From: Candidatus Sumerlaeaceae bacterium
GTDB lineage: Bacteria > Sumerlaeota > Sumerlaeia > Sumerlaeales > Sumerlaeaceae
Direction of reading: 5' to 3'
Length of the DNA: 64,000 bases
NCBI GenBank assembly: GCA_051003195.1
Contig: JBPCLP010000003.1
Coordinates: 1 to 64,000, forward strand
Part shown: positions 40,720 through 50,284 of the stretch, one piece after another
Layout of the letters: each line of letters begins with the position of its first letter
Numbering within the stretch: the first letter of the stretch is position 1
Position numbers and translations under genes: made by a program
Notes under the pieces: generated by a model
Databases searched by the model: none
The model's input: the letters and a program-made list of their open reading frames with translations, nothing else
What the model was told of the DNA's origin: nothing

Positions 40720-41765
40720 CCAACCCTGCTTCCGCTTTGCCGCCGCCCATGCCATCCGCAACCGCGACACTGCCCGGCGGGCCGTCAGGTGCACCGCCTG
40801 TCATCGCCTTGACGGAGTGCAGCAAGTGGTATGGCGATGTCATTGGCGTCAACCAGGTCACCATGGAGATTCCCCGCGGTATCACAGGTCTGCTCGGCCC
40901 AAATGGCGCCGGTAAATCCACGCTGATGAAGCTGATCACCGGGCAGCTTCGGCCTGGCCGCGGTACGGTGCACGTATTTGGCGAAAATCCATGGCGAAAC
41001 CCCGAGGTATTTCGGCGGGTTGGATTCTGTCCCGACACCGATTCCTTTTACGAAGACCTTTCCGGGTTGGAGTTTGTCCGCCTGATGGGCCGGCTGTCGG
41101 GATTTGATGCATCGGAATCGCAAAGGCGTGCTGCCGAGCGCCTCGAGCGCACCGGCATGGCGCCCAATATGAAGCGTCGGATTCGTGGTTATTCGAAGGG
41201 CATGCGGCAGCGCACGAAGCTTGCCGCCGCCCTGATGCACGATCCCGAACTGCTCATTCTCGACGAGCCGCTCAATGGTCTCGATCCGATGGGTCGCATC
41301 CAGATGCTGGACCTGTTCCGACAGTTCGGTGTGGAGGGACGTACCGTTCTCGTTTCCAGCCATATCCTGCACGAAGTCGAGAACCTCACGCGCTCCATTG
41401 CGCTGCTCCACCACGGCCGGGTGCTTGCCGAAGGCCGTATCGAGGAAGTCCGCGCACTGATTGAAAATCAGCCGCTCACATTGCGAATCTCTTCATCCGC
41501 CCCGCGTGCCATCGGCCAGATGCTTGCCGGCATGGACAGCGTGACCTCGCTGCAATTCAACGCGATGGAAGGCGCCGAGGACGCTTTCGATGTGGAGCGA
41601 AACGGTGCCAATCGAAAGAACGTGTTGGTCGTACGCTCCAGCCGTCCCGAAGCAATTTACGAGGCGCTGCAGGAGGGTGTGCTCGCGGGTCGCTTTACCA
41701 TTGATGAGCTCTCGGCACTGGATGAGAACCTCGATGCGGTGTTCCAGTACCTGGTGAAGGAGTAG
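40716..41765 (+). CDS. ABC transporter ATP-binding protein
   Basis: GPNGAGKS, YSKGMRQR, LILDEPL; ATGA overlap. Confidence 0.95.
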   Translation: MTNPASALPPPMPSATATLPGGPSGAPPVIALTECSKWYGDVIGVNQVTMEIPRGITGLLGPNGAGKSTLMKLITGQLRPGRGTVHVFGENPWRNPEVFRRVGFCPDTDSFYEDLSGLEFVRLMGRLSGFDASESQRRAAERLERTGMAPNMKRRIRGYSKGMRQRTKLAAALMHDPELLILDEPLNGLDPMGRIQMLDLFRQFGVEGRTVLVSSHILHEVENLTRSIALLHHGRVLAEGRIEEVRALIENQPLTLRISSSAPRAIGQMLAGMDSVTSLQFNAMEGAEDAFDVERNGANRKNVLVVRSSRPEAIYEALQEGVLAGRFTIDELSALDENLDAVFQYLVKE

Positions 41766-41771
41766 GCGCCG

Positions 41772-42560
41772 ATGTGGAATACCATAGCCGCCGCCTTCGA
41801 GCTAGCCAACATCCAGGTGATCGGACGCAAGCGGCGCATTGTCACTCTCGTCATGTTTGCGTTGCCAATTCTACTGTCGTTTGTGGTGCGCAAATTCGGG
41901 CCGGACGATACCAATCAGGGCTACGCGGCTGTGGTCAGCGGAATGCTTGCGGTGTTCCTCGTGCCATTTGTTGCGGTGTTCTGGGGAAGCGCGCTGCTTA
42001 CGGATGAAGTGGAAGGTAAAACACTCGTGTTTCTGTGGACCCGTCCAGCCGGGCGGGCGCGGTTGTTTGTTCTAAAGTACATCGCAGTCGTTTTCTGGCT
42101 CGCATTGCTCTCGGCGATTGCTGTCACCGCCACTTACACGATCCTGTACTCGCGTGAATCCATGGCGAACGTTTCATCCAATTTCCTGGTGGCTGTGTGG
42201 GATACACGCGCCCTCGCCATCGGCGCCGCGTGTTACGCTGCACTCGCATTCTTCTTCGCGACCGTGTTCAAAAAGCCTGTGACCGTTGGCCTGCTCTATG
42301 TCTATTTGTTCGATACGATCGCGAGAGTGCTGCCGGGTTTCCTCAAGCGCCTCTCCGTGCGGCACAATGTTCTTTCACTCACCAGCCACCCCACCACAGA
42401 AAAGCCTAATCCACTTACAAGGTTCCTCGCCGAAAGCAGCATCACCGAGACTGAGGCAATGTTCACGCTCATCGGCGCCGCCGTGGTGTTTGTGATTGCT
42501 GGTGCCCTTATTCTCCGCAATAAGGAATACTTGGGCGACGACCCGGCGCGATCCCAATAG
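41772..42560 (+). CDS. ABC-2 type permease
   Basis: DEVEGKTLVFLWTRP..LKY; about 6 TM. Confidence 0.9.
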   Translation: MWNTIAAAFELANIQVIGRKRRIVTLVMFALPILLSFVVRKFGPDDTNQGYAAVVSGMLAVFLVPFVAVFWGSALLTDEVEGKTLVFLWTRPAGRARLFVLKYIAVVFWLALLSAIAVTATYTILYSRESMANVSSNFLVAVWDTRALAIGAACYAALAFFFATVFKKPVTVGLLYVYLFDTIARVLPGFLKRLSVRHNVLSLTSHPTTEKPNPLTRFLAESSITETEAMFTLIGAAVVFVIAGALILRNKEYLGDDPARSQ

Positions 42561-42596
42561 AACCAGAAATTTTGCGCCTTTGGCGCTTTTTTGCGA

Positions 42597-43907
42597 CTAA
42601 AACAACGTCATTAGCTCCTCGACGAACAGTGCATGCCCGCGATCATCCGGGTGATTGATCCCATTCATCAGGTATGCCACATAAGGCACGCCCTCCGCAT
42701 CGAGGTGTGCCCACCGGCGCGAGGCGTCGGCCAGCCCGATCCCATGCTCCGCCGCGATGCTCTTTAAGGTAAACACATCCGGACGTGTCTCGCCACCGCG
42801 CGGGTATGTCTTTCCCATCCACACGGGCATCACAAAATGCGGTGTGATCAATATGACTTCCGCCCCAATGGATCGTAACTGGCTCAAAGCCCGGTCATAA
42901 TTCGACCGCAGCTTCTGTTCACCAAATCCCATGTCGTTTACGAATTCGATGGTAACGAGGTCCGGCTGGTAACTCAGCACCTCTTTTGGAAATGCTGCCA
43001 AGCGCCCATCCGTATTGGTCGCGCCGATACCCGCATTGATGTGTCGGATGTTTGCCTTGGGAAATCGCTCCCTCAGGCGTGTGATGAAAAGATTCGCATA
43101 CGCCAGCCCCGGAACAGACGAATCCCCGCCTACCGTGACGCTGTCGCCCCACGTCACGATCGTCAGTGGCTCGCCGCTCCGCAATTTTGTCAGTGTCTTC
43201 GGCACCCGGGAAGCTCGCCACGCCAGTTCCTCCGGGCGCATCTTCGGCAGTGGCGCGCCAATCGGGAAAACCTGCCACGTCTGGATCGCCTTGCAGTGGT
43301 ACGGCAAAAATACATTGGCCAGATGGAGCGATCCTGTCGTGATCACCGGCAGGCCGGGCGCGGCGTTCGCAGGAATTCCATGATTAAGCGTTATGTTCCC
43401 TTCACGCGTCACACAGATCGAGTCGATTCGCATCTGGCCGACCGTATAGCTCACCTTCACTTGCGTGTCTGTTGTAATGCGCCCGTTCGGCAGGCGCGCA
43501 ATGGTCGCCCACTCCGTTCCCACCTCATAGTCAGTACCGAGTTTCGCTTCGCTGCCATCGGGTAGCGAAATCCGCACACTATCAGGTTCCAGGCAACCCG
43601 GCAGCGCGTTGGCCGTTACGCACCCGTTCAGATGCGTGCCAGGTAACCAGCGGTCGGCCAGCTTCGGTTCAAGGACGTAGGGCTCGTCCACAACCTTGCG
43701 GCCCGGCTGCAGTGGAATCTCCAGCACGGTCGGGTTTTCAACGGTAACCGTCCTGCCCCCGACCCGGCACTTGCCCGGCGAAATCGTGGCTGTAGTGCCC
43801 GCATCGGTCCACACTTCCAGCCCGCTCAGCACCTGTGCATTAGAAGCTCCCGGTGTTAGCATGATACCACCAAGGCACAAGCTCCACAAGAATTTGAAGA
43901 TACGCAT
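42597..43907 (-). CDS. Secreted SGNH/GDSL hydrolase
   Basis: WGDSVT, NAGIG, EFVND, INHPDDRGH blocks; signal peptide. Confidence 0.88.
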   Translation of the reverse strand: MRIFKFLWSLCLGGIMLTPGASNAQVLSGLEVWTDAGTTATISPGKCRVGGRTVTVENPTVLEIPLQPGRKVVDEPYVLEPKLADRWLPGTHLNGCVTANALPGCLEPDSVRISLPDGSEAKLGTDYEVGTEWATIARLPNGRITTDTQVKVSYTVGQMRIDSICVTREGNITLNHGIPANAAPGLPVITTGSLHLANVFLPYHCKAIQTWQVFPIGAPLPKMRPEELAWRASRVPKTLTKLRSGEPLTIVTWGDSVTVGGDSSVPGLAYANLFITRLRERFPKANIRHINAGIGATNTDGRLAAFPKEVLSYQPDLVTIEFVNDMGFGEQKLRSNYDRALSQLRSIGAEVILITPHFVMPVWMGKTYPRGGETRPDVFTLKSIAAEHGIGLADASRRWAHLDAEGVPYVAYLMNGINHPDDRGHALFVEELMTLF

Positions 43908-44080
43908 GTAGAACAGCTTGCACCTGCTCCATTCAGCCAGTGCAACGGGCAATATGGAATACATTAAAGGTTCTGCAAAACCGTCTAACCAGGGGGTTCA
44001 ATAGAGTGCGAAGCACGACCCTTTGCTTTCTAGCCCACCAGGTACTGGTGGGAAACGGAAGCGGCGCTAAGCTCAGAGCT

Positions 44081-45181
44081 GTGTCAGCAGCGGCGTTGCC
44101 CGCGCTTAGCCGCGGTTTGCGTCAAATTGCAAAATTGCTCGCCTGTGCCTTCTGCACCTCCATGTTCATGCTCATGTCTGCTCCCCCCATCTGTGCCGCA
44201 TACCCGGACGGCCGCCCCGAGGCCAAAAATCGCATGGACGCCAAAGATCATGGTGTGGTCCTCCGCCACGGCACTGCCCCGCAGCAATGCGATTACCTCG
44301 GTGCACGCGACATCTGGGTGTGGCAGCACGGCGATACGGTCTTCATGCACTATGACGCCGCCGGACCCAAAGGCTGGCTGTGCGCTCTCGCCACTAGCAG
44401 CGACCTGACCAGCTGGACAACGCACGGTCCCGTCCTCGAACTCGGGCCGCCGGGCAGCGACGACAGCAAAAGCGCCAGCTATGGAACCACCTACCTTGAA
44501 AACGGCACGTGGCACATGTTCTATCTTGGCACGCCCAACGTCACCCCACCGCCGGACCTCGTCCCCTCGTTTCCCTATCTAACCCTGAAGGCGCAGTCTA
44601 AAAGCCCGTACGGACCCTGGACGAAGCAGCGCGACGTCGTTCCGTTCCGGCCAATTCCCGGGACTTACACCGAGAGCACCGCCAGCCCGGGTCACATCAT
44701 CAAACAAGGCAACGAGTACCTGCAATTCTTCAGCGCTTCGCGTCTCGACAACGGTCTCTGCCGCCGCACCCTGGGCATCGCACGAACCCATGACCTGAAC
44801 ACAAGCTGGACCATGGACAAGGAACCCATTGTACCTTTAACGGAACAGATTGAAAACTCATCACTTTATTATGAGGCGTCGATCTCCACCTGGTTCCTTT
44901 TCACGAACCACATCGGTATCGATGCAAACGGCGCCGAGTATACGGACGCGGTCTGGGTTTACTGGAGCAAGGAGCTCGGGCACTGGTCGGTCGATAATAA
45001 GGCGGTAGTCCTGGACGGGCACAACTGCACCTGGTCCAGGAAGTGCATTGGTCTGCCATCGGTTCTCCCATGGAAAGGCCGACTGGCGATTTTCTATGAT
45101 GCGCCCGGCGGCGACAGCATCAACCACATGAAACGCGACGTCGGCCTCGCCTGGCTCGACCTGCCGCTGCGCGTCCCATGA
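44081..45181 (+). CDS. Five-bladed beta-propeller glycoside hydrolase-like protein (GH43/32/130-type fold); start uncertain
   Basis: FMHYD, LATSSDLTSWT.HGPVL, WHMFYLG, LGIART, ENSSL, DVGLAW blade repeats. Confidence 0.7.
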   Translation: MSAAALPALSRGLRQIAKLLACAFCTSMFMLMSAPPICAAYPDGRPEAKNRMDAKDHGVVLRHGTAPQQCDYLGARDIWVWQHGDTVFMHYDAAGPKGWLCALATSSDLTSWTTHGPVLELGPPGSDDSKSASYGTTYLENGTWHMFYLGTPNVTPPPDLVPSFPYLTLKAQSKSPYGPWTKQRDVVPFRPIPGTYTESTASPGHIIKQGNEYLQFFSASRLDNGLCRRTLGIARTHDLNTSWTMDKEPIVPLTEQIENSSLYYEASISTWFLFTNHIGIDANGAEYTDAVWVYWSKELGHWSVDNKAVVLDGHNCTWSRKCIGLPSVLPWKGRLAIFYDAPGGDSINHMKRDVGLAWLDLPLRVP

Positions 45182-46953
45182 AACATTGTTTTTCGTCGTC
45201 AATATCTGCAATTCTTCTGGGTCTACTTTACATGCAAACACCTGCGATACACGCCGCTGCCATCCCGCCCCCCGCGCGCCAGACCAGCGATCCATTACAG
45301 CTTCGCGTCGCGCTGCTCGGCAACCCGAACAGCTATCCGGAGTGGACCGATGCCCGACTTGCCTCGGTACGCGAAGCCGGTTTTAACGCGATTCAGATCA
45401 ATATCGCGTGGCTCAGCCGGCCAAATGACGAGGCGTTGAACTTGCGCGATGTGGTGACTCTTCCTGCCGACAAGGAAGCTACACGGACCGCCCAGCGCCG
45501 TGATGAGTTGCACAAGCGCGCTACTTTGGCGCATAAGGCAGGACTGCGTACGATCTTCCACTTTGGCTCGCCATACATGTGGCGCAATCCGGAAACCGGT
45601 GAGGTGAAGCCGCAGAACCCCGAAACCTTCCATGCAAACCCTCCGTGGTTTGACGTCACGAATCCCAAAGTGGTCGAATACGAGACTGCGCTGTTACGGA
45701 AGTTTCGAAGCGAGTTTCCGGAAGTCGACGACATCCTTGTCTACACCTATGACCAGGATGCCTGGCAGGCATCGGAGTTTGGCATCGGACCCTCGCGCGG
45801 CGTGCCGCTGCACGAAAGATTGCACAAATACCTGTACGCACTGCACATTGCTTGGACCGAAGGACGCGAGACCAGCTGCACAATGTGGTGGGAGCCGTGG
45901 GAGCTTTCTGCCGGACAGGTTCTCAAGTGCGTGCCGCAGCTGCCACGTTTCGCGTTCGGGCTGATGCTGCACTCCAACATTGCAGAAGTACAGATTGCTT
46001 ACCCGGTCGACGTCTGGTTCCGCAACACCGCACGGATGGCACAGGAATTCGGCATTCCGGTGATCGCGGAGGGCTTCTTCGGCTCTGCCACCGAGGAAAT
46101 CCAGCCTCTGGCCTTTCCTTTCCCACGTCTCACAGACGAGCAGTTCCTCGCCGTAACAAGTGTGGCAGGTGTCAATGGTGTGAAGGAATACTTCGGAATC
46201 ACGACGGATGAGCCCGATTACAATCTTCACATGTTCACTGCGCGGCTGAAAAACCCGGGCAAAACAACGCAGGCCCTGCTGCAAATGATCGCGAAAGACT
46301 TCGGCGCGCAGCAGGAAGCCGGCGTAAGATTATTTCAGCTACTCTCCGATGCCATGCAGCTCTTCCCGTGGGATGTGAGCTGGTATGCGAGACTCGCCGG
46401 TACCGCCTTGATCGATCACGGGTGGCGCGCGGCTGCGATTCGCGGCCAGCAGGTTGAAACACCGAGTTGGGAATCCACACGCCGCTCCCATTTTATGATG
46501 ACCGAGGACAAGCAGCCGCACCCATTCCTGCTGGAAGACGTGCAACTCCGCTGCGAACTAGCGCTCAAAAAGCTTGCAGAAGCCCGGGTGATCGGACGCG
46601 TGTTAATTGCCACGCTGCCTGATAGCCCAGATCGCAAGGCGATAATCAAGGCGCTCTCCGACGTGGACAAGTTCCGACGCGTCGTCAGCAGTTACGCGCT
46701 GCACATTCGTGAGACCAACGTCGCGATGCTGCTTCGCGGCGATTTAAGCGAAGGCCGCCCTATGACCCCGCATCTTTTGAATGAAATGGAAGCGCTTCTC
46801 ATCGCCGACGTGGAAAATCAGGGGGGTACCGGACGCGTCGTTGAGATGCAGCAGAAGTTCAAAGCCGACCCGGCCGCGTTCGTCAAAGAACACCTCCTGC
46901 CCTTCGATAAAGACGTGAGGGAGAGAGGGATTTTTACTTTAACGACAAGGTGA
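45178..46953 (+). CDS. Secreted hypothetical protein, TIM-barrel glycoside hydrolase-like N-terminus
   Basis: Signal peptide; LASVREAGFNAIQINIAW, AHKAGLRTIF, FPEVDDILVYTYD; ATGA overlap. Confidence 0.6.
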   Translation: MKHCFSSSISAILLGLLYMQTPAIHAAAIPPPARQTSDPLQLRVALLGNPNSYPEWTDARLASVREAGFNAIQINIAWLSRPNDEALNLRDVVTLPADKEATRTAQRRDELHKRATLAHKAGLRTIFHFGSPYMWRNPETGEVKPQNPETFHANPPWFDVTNPKVVEYETALLRKFRSEFPEVDDILVYTYDQDAWQASEFGIGPSRGVPLHERLHKYLYALHIAWTEGRETSCTMWWEPWELSAGQVLKCVPQLPRFAFGLMLHSNIAEVQIAYPVDVWFRNTARMAQEFGIPVIAEGFFGSATEEIQPLAFPFPRLTDEQFLAVTSVAGVNGVKEYFGITTDEPDYNLHMFTARLKNPGKTTQALLQMIAKDFGAQQEAGVRLFQLLSDAMQLFPWDVSWYARLAGTALIDHGWRAAAIRGQQVETPSWESTRRSHFMMTEDKQPHPFLLEDVQLRCELALKKLAEARVIGRVLIATLPDSPDRKAIIKALSDVDKFRRVVSSYALHIRETNVAMLLRGDLSEGRPMTPHLLNEMEALLIADVENQGGTGRVVEMQQKFKADPAAFVKEHLLPFDKDVRERGIFTLTTR

Positions 46954-46975
46954 TTTGCGCCCGGATCGCTTCTTG

Positions 46976-47368
46976 TTACTGCTCATCGAAGTAAGTGCGA
47001 ACGCGCCTTAGGAACTCCGCCGCCTGCTCTGCACTTAACTGGGCGTCTTCCGGCCCGACCTCCGCCCACGCCTCATAATCTCCCATGTTACGCAGTTCAA
47101 ATGCCCGGTGCAGCCACTCGGACATCTGCTTGTTGAATGACCCTGGTTTCACAAATTCTCGATCGAACAGCGTAATCGCCCCTGAGTGTTTTCGTGTCGA
47201 GAGCCCCTTAGAACAGAGCAATGCGAGAACCGCGTAAAACATCGCGTAATAGGCTCGGTTCATAGCAGCCCGATAATGACCATTCTCCAAGAGCAAAGTA
47301 GACGAGTCCACTGCTTCATCTGCCTCATTAAGCCGGTACTTAATGAGCTTAAGTAATTGCTCTTCCAT
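46976..47368 (-). CDS. HEPN domain protein
   Basis: NRAYYAMF, KHSG.ITLF, AFELR..GDY. Confidence 0.92.
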   Translation of the reverse strand: MEEQLLKLIKYRLNEADEAVDSSTLLLENGHYRAAMNRAYYAMFYAVLALLCSKGLSTRKHSGAITLFDREFVKPGSFNKQMSEWLHRAFELRNMGDYEAWAEVGPEDAQLSAEQAAEFLRRVRTYFDEQ

Positions 47369-47688
47369 TAAGCTATAATGCCATGTGCCAGTACGTCTCT
47401 CACAAGCGGGCTAAAAGAATGAGGTCCACTTTCGAATGATTCTTTCTCATAGCATAACGTTTGAAGCACAACTCCACGCTCAAACCCGATCTCCCAGGCG
47501 ATATGCCAAATAGAGTCACGTATCGCTGGTGTAAGCGAAGGCACCACCACGCAAAGATCTAAGTCGGAATCAATAGTAGCATCGCCACGCACACGTGAGC
47601 CGAAACCATAAACCTGGGCACCAGGAAACGCTTGGCGAACTTTTTGTGCAAAATCTCTTAGCGTTTCCGCATCTAACAAGTTTAGCAT
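47368..47688 (-). CDS. Minimal nucleotidyltransferase (MNT)
   Basis: FGSRVRGDATIDSDLDLCVV; coupled to the HEPN gene. Confidence 0.92.
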   Translation of the reverse strand: MLNLLDAETLRDFAQKVRQAFPGAQVYGFGSRVRGDATIDSDLDLCVVVPSLTPAIRDSIWHIAWEIGFERGVVLQTLCYEKESFESGPHSFSPLVRDVLAHGIIA

Positions 47689-47766
47689 CGGATCCTCTGA
47701 CCTCTATACAACAGCTGCCTGTTGAGCTTCAAGAGGCGGCGTTTCGCTCGCTCCATTCAACAGGCG

Positions 47767-48816
47767 TTATGCACTCACCTTCTGCACCTTACCCGTCTTC
47801 GCCGCCTTCATTGCGGCTTCGACAACGCGCATGCTGTGCAGGCCAGCCGCGCCGCTGATCGGCGGTTCAGTTCCATTAAGCACCGCCTTGCTGAAGTCTT
47901 CGATTTCGGCCAGGTAGGTGTTGCGAAATTTCGACAGTTCGATTGCCGCGTACTTACCGCTGTCGCGTTGTTGGGCCGCGCTGTAACCGCTGGCCTTTCC
48001 GATGGTGCAAACCTGCACGTCCCCGGCCGGCCCCTGGCCAATCGTCATCTTCGCTTTCACGCAACCTTTGCTGCCCTGGATCTCCAGCACATTCTCGCTC
48101 GCTTCATCGGGGATGCAGAATGCGCAGTCCACAAATCCAATCGCGCCATTCGCAAACTTCAGCAGCAGGGCGTTTGCATCGTCGCTTTTGTAATTCTGCA
48201 CGCGCGTCTCGATATAGCCACCGACTTCCGCCACAGGGCCGAGCAGCATTTCCAGCAGGTCGATGCAGTGCACTGCGAGGTCCATGATCGCGCCGCCGCC
48301 CCCACACTTTGGATCCTGCCGCCATGCACCGGGCATTTGCGGATACCAGCACGTAAGCTGCGCGCGCGCGAAAACGATCTTACCAAGCCCGCCTTTATCG
48401 ATCAGCTTCTTGATCTGCTGGTGCGCCGCGTTGTAGCGCATCATGAACCCGACGCCAAGTTTCACCCCGGCTTTCTCGCAGGCGCTCAACATCGCCGCCG
48501 CGTCCTTTGCATTTAGTGCCAGCGGTTTTTCACAGAAGACATGCTTCCCGGCTTTCGCTGCCGCAATAGCCTGCGCCTTGTGCTGATCGTTCGGGCTGGC
48601 AATGTAGACCGCCTGCACCGCCGGATCTGCCAACAGGTCTTTTATATTATCATACGACTTCACACCGTACTTCGCACCCAGCGCTGCAGCCTTCTCCGCA
48701 TGCGGGGTCATGACCGCAACAAGCTTCGCGTTCTTCGCCGGTACAATCCCCTCGGGAATCGTCCGCCGATCCGCAATCCCCCCTGCACCAATGACCCCCC
48801 ATCCTAACTTCGCCAT
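47767..48816 (-). CDS. Gfo/Idh/MocA oxidoreductase
   Basis: GVIGAGGIA, GKHVFCEKP, GGGAIMDLAVHCID. Confidence 0.95.
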   Translation of the reverse strand: MAKLGWGVIGAGGIADRRTIPEGIVPAKNAKLVAVMTPHAEKAAALGAKYGVKSYDNIKDLLADPAVQAVYIASPNDQHKAQAIAAAKAGKHVFCEKPLALNAKDAAAMLSACEKAGVKLGVGFMMRYNAAHQQIKKLIDKGGLGKIVFARAQLTCWYPQMPGAWRQDPKCGGGGAIMDLAVHCIDLLEMLLGPVAEVGGYIETRVQNYKSDDANALLLKFANGAIGFVDCAFCIPDEASENVLEIQGSKGCVKAKMTIGQGPAGDVQVCTIGKASGYSAAQQRDSGKYAAIELSKFRNTYLAEIEDFSKAVLNGTEPPISGAAGLHSMRVVEAAMKAAKTGKVQKVSA

Positions 48817-48873
48817 TCTCCTACTCCTCTTGGCGGCCGCTGCATATTGGTCTCACGGCTTGGCCACTAGTGT

Positions 48874-48961
48874 TTCGCTCAGTTGGAAACTCGACAGTAC
48901 TCGGTGATTCGCTCACTCGGAAACTCGAAAGTACTCCGCACTCCGCATTCCGCACTCCGCA
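48874..48961. repeat. 29-bp direct repeat pair followed by heptamer tandem repeat
   Basis: ttcgctcagttggaaactcgacagtactc / ttcgctcactcggaaactcgaaagtactc, then (c/t)tccgca x4. Confidence 0.75.
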
Positions 48962-48967
48962 TTTCAG

Positions 48968-50248
48968 CTAGCCCTTCGAATACGCGCGTATCACCTTCTT
49001 AATCCCTCTGGCGATCTGCTTCATGTGATTAACGCCCAGCGTCGGGTGCACCACCGTGATAAAAGTCCGGTCCTGGTGCCACGCCGCATTCGCGCAGACG
49101 ACATCCTTGTACTGCACGCTTTTCGGGCTCGTGTACTCCTTGCTGCGGAACGGGAACTTCGCCTTGGCGCCAAATCCATTATGCTCGCGGTACGCGCGCT
49201 CGTTGTAGCACTGCGGCCAGAACACCGGGTGGTTCGGGACACCCTCCGCCGTCAGTGCCGCCAGGAACTGCTTCATGTCGCACTTCAGCTTCTTAAGGTC
49301 CAGCGTCATCGGAAACACAAAGAACCCATTCTGCCGCTGTTGCGTATGCACGGGCAGGTACATGATCTCGGGTACATTGCTGAGCGCATCGATCAGGATC
49401 TGTCCGTTGCGCTGACGGTTCTTCAGGTTCCAGTTCTCGAAACGTTCCAGTTCGTAGATGCCCAATATCGACTGCATCTCCGTCAGCCGATAGTTATAGC
49501 CGACCCGGTTATGGATGTAGGGCAGCTTCGCTTCCAGTTCCAGCAGGCGCATGCGCTCGCGCACATCGTACCCGTGGTCGCGGAAAGATCGGCACTGCCA
49601 GCCGATTTCCTCATCATCCGTAATCACCGCGCCGCCTTCGCCCCCCGTTGTAAACGATTTGCTCTGGCAAAAGCTGAACGCACCCGCGTGACCGATGGTC
49701 CCCACCTTCCTCCCCTTGTACGTGCCGCCGTGTGCCTGCGCGCAATCTTCCAGCACCAGCAGCTTGTGTTTCTTCGCGATTGCCATGATCGGGTCCATGT
49801 CGCAGATGTTGCCATAAAGATGCACGGGTATGATTGCCTTCGTGCGCCGCGTGATCTTGCTCGCGATATCCTTCGCGGAAATACAATGATCGTTTTTATT
49901 TACGTCAGCGAACACTGGAATCGCGCCCGCTTGTACAATGCAGAACGACGACGCAATGAACGTGTACGACGGCACAATGACTTCGTCGCCCGGACCTATA
50001 CCCATCGCCGCGAGTGCCGTATGCAGCGCGCTGGTGCCGCTGTTACAACTGATAGCGAACTGTACGCCATGGTACGTGGCCCACTTTTCCTCGAACTCCA
50101 TGCCGCGTGTGCCCGTCCAGTAGTTTACCTGGCCGCTTTCCAGTGGCTCCAGAATCGCCTTCTTGCCCTTTTCCGAAAATCTCGGCCAGCCCGGGAGAGG
50201 TCCCGTTACTGCAGGTGCGCCGCCATCTATTGCCAGTTGCTCAGCCAT
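48968..50248 (-). CDS. DegT/DnrJ/EryC1/StrS PLP aminotransferase
   Basis: NSGTSALH, PVHLYG, EDCAQAHG, FSFCQSK.FTTGGEGG, GYNYR. Confidence 0.96.
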   Translation of the reverse strand: MAEQLAIDGGAPAVTGPLPGWPRFSEKGKKAILEPLESGQVNYWTGTRGMEFEEKWATYHGVQFAISCNSGTSALHTALAAMGIGPGDEVIVPSYTFIASSFCIVQAGAIPVFADVNKNDHCISAKDIASKITRRTKAIIPVHLYGNICDMDPIMAIAKKHKLLVLEDCAQAHGGTYKGRKVGTIGHAGAFSFCQSKSFTTGGEGGAVITDDEEIGWQCRSFRDHGYDVRERMRLLELEAKLPYIHNRVGYNYRLTEMQSILGIYELERFENWNLKNRQRNGQILIDALSNVPEIMYLPVHTQQRQNGFFVFPMTLDLKKLKCDMKQFLAALTAEGVPNHPVFWPQCYNERAYREHNGFGAKAKFPFRSKEYTSPKSVQYKDVVCANAAWHQDRTFITVVHPTLGVNHMKQIARGIKKVIRAYSKG

Positions 50249-50284
50249 GTGTCCTGTCCATCTTCCTTTAAGTTCTGCGCGCGA

